Origin: Candidatus Peregrinibacteria bacterium
GTDB lineage: Bacteria > Patescibacteriota > Gracilibacteria > UBA1369
Length of the DNA: 64,000 nucleotides
Reading direction: 5' to 3'
NCBI GenBank assembly: GCA_963708185.1
Contig: OY970195.1
Location: forward strand, 768,001-832,000
The notes under the pieces are model-generated. The model was not told the DNA's origin. It ran no database searches and saw nothing but the letters and a program-made list of their open reading frames with translations. The number at the start of each line of letters is the position of its first letter. The stretch's first letter is position 1. Made by a program: the position numbers and the translations under genes. Below, in pieces: positions 58,701-64,000 of this stretch.

Positions 58701-61700
58701 ACGGAAGAAAAGGACGCGGATTTTCTCGCGGGGCAGAATCCGCCGTCGACTCCCTCAACCTCGGAAGGAGGTGGTGCGGGCGGAAGCGGTTCCAGCGACC
58801 AGCAATCCATTGATGACGGCATCGACATTCTTTCGTGGTTCGCTTACATCACGGACTGGATCAAACAAACCACCACACAACTCAGCGCCACGGTTTCGAT
58901 GGAGCCGGCATGTATGGTTTCAAGTGACCAGCTCGGCGAGGCCATCGGGCAGGTTGTTGAATCGAGCGTGCCTTCTTCCAGCGGCGGCACGGGAGGACAG
59001 CTCCTCGATAAACCGGTCAAACTCAGGGTCAGCTCCAGCAAGACCGCTTTGAAGACGGCAGCCGCCGATACCACCACAATCACCATTGACGGACTTTCAG
59101 CATCGAATGTCCTCCAGACCGACGACAACAACACCATGGTCGATCTGGTCATCCAAAAAATCAACGGCAAGGACATCGCCCTTCCGACGTCCAGCCATCC
59201 CATCCAGCTTCACGGAGGCACAGCCGCGATCACACTCCAGTCCACGAACGAACAGGGAACGTTTACGGTCAAGGCGGTGAGTCCGAACAAACCGTCGTTG
59301 ACTTCGAACACCATCTCCATCACTTCGACCAAAAATTATATCCGCCTTTCGACCTATACCACCAATACGGGCTTTAATTTCGGAAAAATAACGGGGTCCG
59401 GATTCGTGGTGAAAGACTCAGGCGGCAACGTCATCGCGGAAGTCGATCCTTTGACCGGTATGGTAACAATCAAAGATCCGGGCTATCAGCTCACCGCATT
59501 CCCATCGAACGCGGGCAAGGCCGCCCGGCTCGGCATCCAGGACAAAACTTCAGGAACGATCGTCGCCAGTGTCTTCTTCGTGGTCGATAAAACCAAACCC
59601 GCCGTCATCGACGATGCCGGAACGGATTACTTCAGCTCCTACAAAACGCTTGAGGGCGTTCACATCCAGGATTTGAACGGAAGCGACTCCTACACCGCGG
59701 AAAAGGTCGCTTCGGACAACACCTCAAATCCAGACGGCGCGTACATTTACGAACAGAAAGGTCCGGTCAAACAAAAAGTCGGCCTCGTTGACACGCTCGG
59801 CAACATTTACATCGATCCAACGTTCGGATTCCAGATCAAAACTCCCGACAAAGGGTCCGACCCCGTGGTTTTCCAGATTACCGACAGCGGAGGGAAAGCG
59901 CTTTTCAACATTTATCTCGCGGCGAAATATCCCCAGATCCAGGTCATCGCTCCTGAAGGAGATTTCAAGGATTTCAATCTGGTGGCGTTCGAGCAACACC
60001 TCAATGCGGTCGGCATGTCGACGATTTCCGGCGGAGTGGGATCCATGCTCGGCGATAAACTCCTGGGTTACCTTGGTCAAACAGCCCATGCCGACACGCC
60101 GGTTTCAAGCCAGCAGTCCTCCACCCAGCAAACCCAACACGTACTTCCGGACACCGACCATGACGGTTTGAACAACATGGAAGAGATCATCCTGAAATCC
60201 GCGTACAAGAATCCCGACACGAACGGCAACGGAACCAAGGACGGAGAAGACGTGACCAAAGGCATCAATCCGATCAAGCCGGGCAACACGCCGATCTTTA
60301 CCGACATCAACCCAAGCAGCGAAGGATTCAGCGATATCATCAAACTCTACAAGCGCGGCATTCTCCAGGGGTATCCCGACGGAACATTCCGCCCCGACAA
60401 AGCAATCACCCGCGAAGAGTTCAGCAAGATCGATCTGGGCAGCATCTGTATCGTCTGCGAACAGTTCAGAAACTCGGTCAAACAGGCCGTCGATCTTATT
60501 TACGAAACGCATCCTTTCCCTGACACCAATATCACTCCTGATCTGCTCTACTGCGTGAAAGAGTCCAAGAACCGCAATATCGTGAGCGGCTATACCACCG
60601 GACCTCAGAAGGGGTATTTCGTGCCTCAGGCAAACGTGAGCCGTGTCGAAGCGCTGAAGGATCTTCTTGAAACGGCACGTCAGCAGAGCAACACCTCCAT
60701 TACGTTCACCAATTTCCCGACGGACGGCAAACCGTGGTTCTATAACTACGTCCTCACCGCGCAAGGTGAAAAACTTTTCCCACCGGGACGTTCCACCCAG
60801 ATCGATCACCTGAGTCCGAGCGATTTCAAGATCTGGTTCGATCAGGAGGTCCAAGATCCGAACAGTTCTTTCGTGGCATGGCTCAATCGCGACATCACCC
60901 GCGTGGAATTCGCGGAAATGACCTCACGCCTGCTCGACAAGGCCGACTGTTACGGCGATGACCAGGACGGCGACGGTATTCCGGACAACTATGAAAAATA
61001 TTTCTTCGGAACCGATCCGACCAAAGCCGATACCGACGGCGGCGGCGTCAATGACGGCGATGAAATCGCCAGCGGAACGAACCCGCTCGATCCTTCCGAT
61101 GACAAGAAACTTCTCGACACCGACAAAGACGGTCTGACCGATTATGAAGAAATCAACAACTACCACACCGATCCGAATAAAGCCGACACCGACGGCGGCG
61201 GCGTCGATGACGGTACAGAAGTGCTTACCAACCATACGAACCCGCTCGATCCGAAAGACGACCATCTTTACGACGGCGATCACGACGGCATGCCCGATGA
61301 ATGGGAACTCGCACACGGCTTGAATCCACATGATCCGAGCGACGCGCTCCAGGATCCCGACGGTGACGGACTGACGAACCTTCAGGAGTACCAGCACGGC
61401 ACCGACCCTCATGTCGCCGACACCGACGGCGGCGGCGTCAACGACGGCGACGAAGTGTTGCGGGGTACCGATCCTTTGAATAAGGAAGACGACATCAAGA
61501 ATCTGAAGAGCGACGAGGGCGGATACATCGTCGGTGACACCAACAGAGTCCAGGAAAATTTTGTCTACTCAACGCCTGACAACACTGTCACGACTCCGAC
61601 GTCACAAGTGGATTTCGTTGATGACATGCCTGCCGACGGAAACAGTTCCCTGGTGCTCCGCGCTGAGGTCGTGGACGACAACGGCGACATCGACAAGACC

Positions 61701-64000
61701 GTCAATAACGCCAACATTGAATTCAAACCTGAAAAACTCAGCAACGGCTCCTACGCCGTCATTGATCCGACGACGGTAAAAGTAAAAGCAGGTGTCGCCG
61801 AGTCCGTCATCAAATCGACGATCAAGGCCGGAGAATATATCGCATCAGCCGAACTGAAAGGTTACCAGATTCCCGTGGTGGACCATTCGGTTTTCGTGAC
61901 GCCGCTCGAACCCGCCGCGATCCAGCTTGACGCCGATTCCCGTAACATCAAAAACGGCGCGCTTTCCAACACGATGGTTCACGCCAGACTTTTAGATAAA
62001 AACGGGAACCTTACCAACAACGATTCCTACAAACTTACGTTCACCGTCGACGGACCCGGAACGCTCGACACTTCAAAGGATGAAGATCCAAACACGGACG
62101 GTGTCCAGATGACGAGCGTTACCGGAGTGTACGATATCCTTCTCACTTCGCAGGCCGACCCCGGTGACATTCACGTTCATGCCAGCTATACGCCCGAACC
62201 GGATATTTTTGCCGAGGCGAAAAGTTCCACCCAGCAGACTCAACAAGGGGGAACCCAGCAAACCGCCACCCCTATGGCTGTCAGCGACATGACGGTTCAC
62301 TCACGCAGCGATCTGAAGCTGCTGCTGCAATCTGAAAAGAGCAACATCCCTTCGGACTTCACCACTCTCGACGCGCTCAACCTGAATGTCGTTGACGGCA
62401 GCAACAATCTTGTCAGTGATTTCAGCGGTACGGCAAAATTCACGCTGGAAAACTCTTCACTCGGGAAGTTCGCGGTCAGTCCAGAACCCGACGTCACGAA
62501 CGGTATCGCCAAGACGGTATTCCAGCCTTCCAATATTGCCGGAAAAGCCAACATCACCGTAACCGTTGCAGGTTTCGATCCGGTAACGACGACGATCACA
62601 ACGCTTCCGAAAGCCGCGAAAAAGATCGAACTCGAGACCTCGAAAACTTCAATCGAAAGTACCAACACCTCGACGGTCGACGTTATCGCCAAACTTTACG
62701 ATACTGACGGAAACTTCGCGGCGAACGATTCTTCGACCAATGTGACGTTCGTTCTCACCGACGACACCAAAGCGTACGGAACCTTTGACGGTTCAACCAC
62801 GGTCAAAGCGAAAAACGGAGTGTCCAAGATTACGCTCCGCGGCACCGATCAGAGCGGACCGATCAACCTCGTCGCGAAAGGTAACAATCTGGTCACCGCT
62901 TCGACAAGCCTTGAATCTTTAAAACTTTTCCGCGCCCAGGAACTGAAAGACGTTGCGCCGAGAACACTTTTTGCGGCGCTCCTCGGGAGCGACTACGGCA
63001 ATATCTTCCAGGACAACTACTTCGGCGGATGGTTCGTTTTCAGCGGGACCACGGAGAGCGCCGTCTCGCTGCTGAGTCCTCCAAAGCCCCATCTCGAACT
63101 TGCCAACGTCGACGCCAACGGCAAGATCACTGTTTTTGACAACGCTACGCTTGAGTCCCGCGTGGTGCCGGGCAACGCGGCGAACGTTCCGACACGGATC
63201 GTTTTAAGCAACCCGGACACTCATGAAGATCTGGCAGAAGTCTTCACGCTGTATAAACCGACCCCGCAAACCAAGGCAACGCTGCTTGCCGCGGACGGCG
63301 TTGTTTCGGACAGCCAGGAAGGTATTTACGTTCAAAACATCTCCAAAACTTCCGACTACTCAATGCAACAGGTTTCCGACGGAGTCTCCATTCTGAAGAA
63401 CGGCAACGAAGCCGTCCACATCTATAATTCAGGATCGATCAAGGTGGTGGACAACGGATTCCAGTTGACGATGCTCCCGGGCGACGGCCAGAAGTATCTG
63501 AGTTTCACGGTGTCCGATGGAGCCGAAGACGTGGCGCAACTTACCGCCGTCGCCAACTTCAGCAATGACGTTTCTTTCCTCGACACGAATTTTAATTTTG
63601 ATACCGCCGTAAGTCTGAAAAGCGGAACCTACTTCCACATGCTCACGGGGAAAGAGATGTACAGGCAGGAACAGAGCTTCTCAGGAAACTCATCCGCCAA
63701 TCCTCGCGGAATGGCTTTGACCGATACCACCCAGGACATGCCGAAATCACAGGCACCGGGATTCAGTTTCATTTCACTGGAATCGAGTCCGACCGAACCG
63801 GGCGTGGGCTTCACCGGCGACAACAAATTCATGCTGCTGTTCGCCGCTGGAAATTCCGTCGGCGAATCCAACCTGCCGTACAGTTCAGAAATCGGCGTGG
63901 TTCTCGGCGACCCGACCGTCCGCATCAACAACAAAGTCAACGTTTCTTCGACCGGGTACACCAAGGATGTCGGCCAGGAAATATACTTCGGCGACGAAAC
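55725..64000 (+). CDS. Giant secreted surface protein (>2758 aa, runs off window; not in ORF track): C25-like N-terminus, Ig/Big-1-like domains, internal SLH domains, Ca-binding TSP3-like repeats
   Basis: ATG 55725 [35 protein letters not shown] signal; same frame reads sense at all points checked through to ...[13 protein letters not shown] at 64000; upstream TGcTAAAAT 55686-55694. Confidence 0.9.
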   Translation, partial: MQKYTSQYKKSQRSIASSILFFLAVQMLQIPIVNAAPLVFPQNLSLQADASTNTVAKNHWGVVAIMVDDSLLSDNTTYSGLTASYSTQLKTNNLADRINRYAIDVQSSQEFTKSLIIKVNKNDKVENLTAALEKLWQEGDGTPNEITKLAGVVVIGDVPLPVVNKKGNHFVSMFPYTDFEDKAYIYNAATGEYEPNPDLKFPKQEVWSGVIKAPVDETNAGSDGRQLLATYFDKNHLYHLGVPDFADFNKKMLVADLFNEFKGMNTAAYSSYLRYVAHWEDFIYNRYDKHLAQQFYDEVQQQLKDQGLTDEQLKPKSTCDAQCVIQKNSRNSDFDGDGYSNGYELEVGSNVNGVNVPTDPYSPDSFPIDYSTIPPLPRLNPNPATYQSTDDGSHLDRPDPPTDNSMSDSFKQLPDVQSKQIIDNFVSKYVQLFDKYLGVVNDWTDNTGRYKSSYLDGGGVHRSDVNSLPSLISIKDQYTETYFKMVNDAVEKKIDDIIENNHFYSKIQMLKGAKIKGQITYSSDNSDHGLDNAEFVNFSTHSVGPWDSLFIFGSAIASNFPSGFENIFGPATSIASCMIYRGSNDGSGKNSVMVEGIRTLDPKTAGKPDDNKAYAGCYGNDINHPERCFPTRAELPIFDINGTKEVTQSTVPQSATDYRACFDFKEKTGYQDYENQVDNYISLLNSTDVEEVKAAFVPPGAPYKPADQIVLYDADGVKVTLADVLQKFGRGDGKDNDGDGVVDNAAEGDSKYGIPVNDWKQIGERLLKKNQVYFFDGNPFPGVKSLTLEIDPEAAQDSSSNDVYLDSITYHKEPTNKTIADQLKAGGYTQSLPIDNPRYVTFQDKSSDKTFRKVVYPDVFQATSYDNFVAQLQAKEQELQSIANASGISVNVTGQLSGIVTGSNDIFTDTNKTALLDAGSGDLKDSLSWRDMNIDQKHDYVLSHYLGPNLNPYVEKPQYGYETTYVVSKPVEDPVTKQTSDALALRFNGNYPTEEKDADFLAGQNPPSTPSTSEGGGAGGSGSSDQQSIDDGIDILSWFAYITDWIKQTTTQLSATVSMEPACMVSSDQLGEAIGQVVESSVPSSSGGTGGQLLDKPVKLRVSSSKTALKTAAADTTTITIDGLSASNVLQTDDNNTMVDLVIQKINGKDIALPTSSHPIQLHGGTAAITLQSTNEQGTFTVKAVSPNKPSLTSNTISITSTKNYIRLSTYTTNTGFNFGKITGSGFVVKDSGGNVIAEVDPLTGMVTIKDPGYQLTAFPSNAGKAARLGIQDKTSGTIVASVFFVVDKTKPAVIDDAGTDYFSSYKTLEGVHIQDLNGSDSYTAEKVASDNTSNPDGAYIYEQKGPVKQKVGLVDTLGNIYIDPTFGFQIKTPDKGSDPVVFQITDSGGKALFNIYLAAKYPQIQVIAPEGDFKDFNLVAFEQHLNAVGMSTISGGVGSMLGDKLLGYLGQTAHADTPVSSQQSSTQQTQHVLPDTDHDGLNNMEEIILKSAYKNPDTNGNGTKDGEDVTKGINPIKPGNTPIFTDINPSSEGFSDIIKLYKRGILQGYPDGTFRPDKAITREEFSKIDLGSICIVCEQFRNSVKQAVDLIYETHPFPDTNITPDLLYCVKESKNRNIVSGYTTGPQKGYFVPQANVSRVEALKDLLETARQQSNTSITFTNFPTDGKPWFYNYVLTAQGEKLFPPGRSTQIDHLSPSDFKIWFDQEVQDPNSSFVAWLNRDITRVEFAEMTSRLLDKADCYGDDQDGDGIPDNYEKYFFGTDPTKADTDGGGVNDGDEIASGTNPLDPSDDKKLLDTDKDGLTDYEEINNYHTDPNKADTDGGGVDDGTEVLTNHTNPLDPKDDHLYDGDHDGMPDEWELAHGLNPHDPSDALQDPDGDGLTNLQEYQHGTDPHVADTDGGGVNDGDEVLRGTDPLNKEDDIKNLKSDEGGYIVGDTNRVQENFVYSTPDNTVTTPTSQVDFVDDMPADGNSSLVLRAEVVDDNGDIDKTVNNANIEFKPEKLSNGSYAVIDPTTVKVKAGVAESVIKSTIKAGEYIASAELKGYQIPVVDHSVFVTPLEPAAIQLDADSRNIKNGALSNTMVHARLLDKNGNLTNNDSYKLTFTVDGPGTLDTSKDEDPNTDGVQMTSVTGVYDILLTSQADPGDIHVHASYTPEPDIFAEAKSSTQQTQQGGTQQTATPMAVSDMTVHSRSDLKLLLQSEKSNIPSDFTTLDALNLNVVDGSNNLVSDFSGTAKFTLENSSLGKFAVSPEPDVTNGIAKTVFQPSNIAGKANITVTVAGFDPVTTTITTLPKAAKKIELETSKTSIESTNTSTVDVIAKLYDTDGNFAANDSSTNVTFVLTDDTKAYGTFDGSTTVKAKNGVSKITLRGTDQSGPINLVAKGNNLVTASTSLESLKLFRAQELKDVAPRTLFAALLGSDYGNIFQDNYFGGWFVFSGTTESAVSLLSPPKPHLELANVDANGKITVFDNATLESRVVPGNAANVPTRIVLSNPDTHEDLAEVFTLYKPTPQTKATLLAADGVVSDSQEGIYVQNISKTSDYSMQQVSDGVSILKNGNEAVHIYNSGSIKVVDNGFQLTMLPGDGQKYLSFTVSDGAEDVAQLTAVANFSNDVSFLDTNFNFDTAVSLKSGTYFHMLTGKEMYRQEQSFSGNSSANPRGMALTDTTQDMPKSQAPGFSFISLESSPTEPGVGFTGDNKFMLLFAAGNSVGESNLPYSSEIGVVLGDPTVRINNKVNVSSTGYTKDVGQEIYFGDE
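60955..61500 (+). repeat. Tandem Asp-rich Ca-binding (bacterial TSP3-like) repeats within the giant protein
   Basis: [16 protein letters not shown] / [16 protein letters not shown] / [12 protein letters not shown] / [12 protein letters not shown] / [12 protein letters not shown] / [12 protein letters not shown] / [12 protein letters not shown]. Confidence 0.88.

Noticed and set aside
60955-61500. CRISPR-like repeated DNA (GCCGAyACCGACGGCGGCGGCGTC x3)
   Set aside because: These are in-frame coding repeats (ADTDGGGV) of the giant protein, with irregular spacing and no cas genes.
55900-63964. Many mid-size ORFs in the track (e.g. 57408..58364 -, 60105..60854 -)
   Set aside because: They are antisense or alternate-frame shadows of the giant + strand ORF. 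The same applies to 17..1220 + over dipZ and to ORFs opposite other conserved genes.
1-64000. Genome-wide UGA=Gly recoding (genetic code 25)
   Set aside because: UGA ends uvrD, rlmD, tsaD, yebC, grxD and the ECF sigma at their expected C-termini, and I found only one conserved gene with an internal UGA.

Overview
Gene-dense, roughly 50% GC chromosomal window that looks like a Patescibacteria (CPR) genome, most likely a Peregrinibacteria-type lineage. This is inferred from many SLH/Cys-rich surface proteins, a type IV pilus operon, a DUF5667/ECF pair, Shine-Dalgarno-poor starts and a giant surface protein. The standard genetic code applies: UGA terminates many conserved genes. Housekeeping RNA/DNA genes include a beta-CASP nuclease, tRNA-Gly, uvrD/endoQ, rlmH, yajQ, rlmD, cca, tsaD, hisS, yebC, nrnA, sua5, recJ, miaA and rplJ-rplL with an L10 leader. 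The window also has redox/disulfide genes (dipZ, grxD-bolA, Trx-like, dsbA), efflux genes (MarR-MFS, DrrAB-like ABC), pilN/O/B/C plus a pilin, and a >2750-aa secreted protein that is missing from the ORF track and runs off the right edge. I saw no CRISPR, IS, integrase or prophage. Most notable observations: (1) a recurrent [S/T]-Q-[Q/E/A] motif in the linkers of about 10 unrelated exported proteins, a candidate lineage-specific glycosylation sequon; (2) an in-frame UGA in the beta-CASP nuclease next to a tRNA-Gly with a 4-bp anticodon stem; (3) three single-base frameshifts all at CGGGCC(C), probably a methylation-linked sequencing artefact; (4) identical leaderless promoter geometry for rlmH, cca and tsaD; (5) the modular giant protein with a C25-like N-terminus, internal SLH domains and an internal AHA motif. 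All family assignments come from motif recognition by eye, not database searches.
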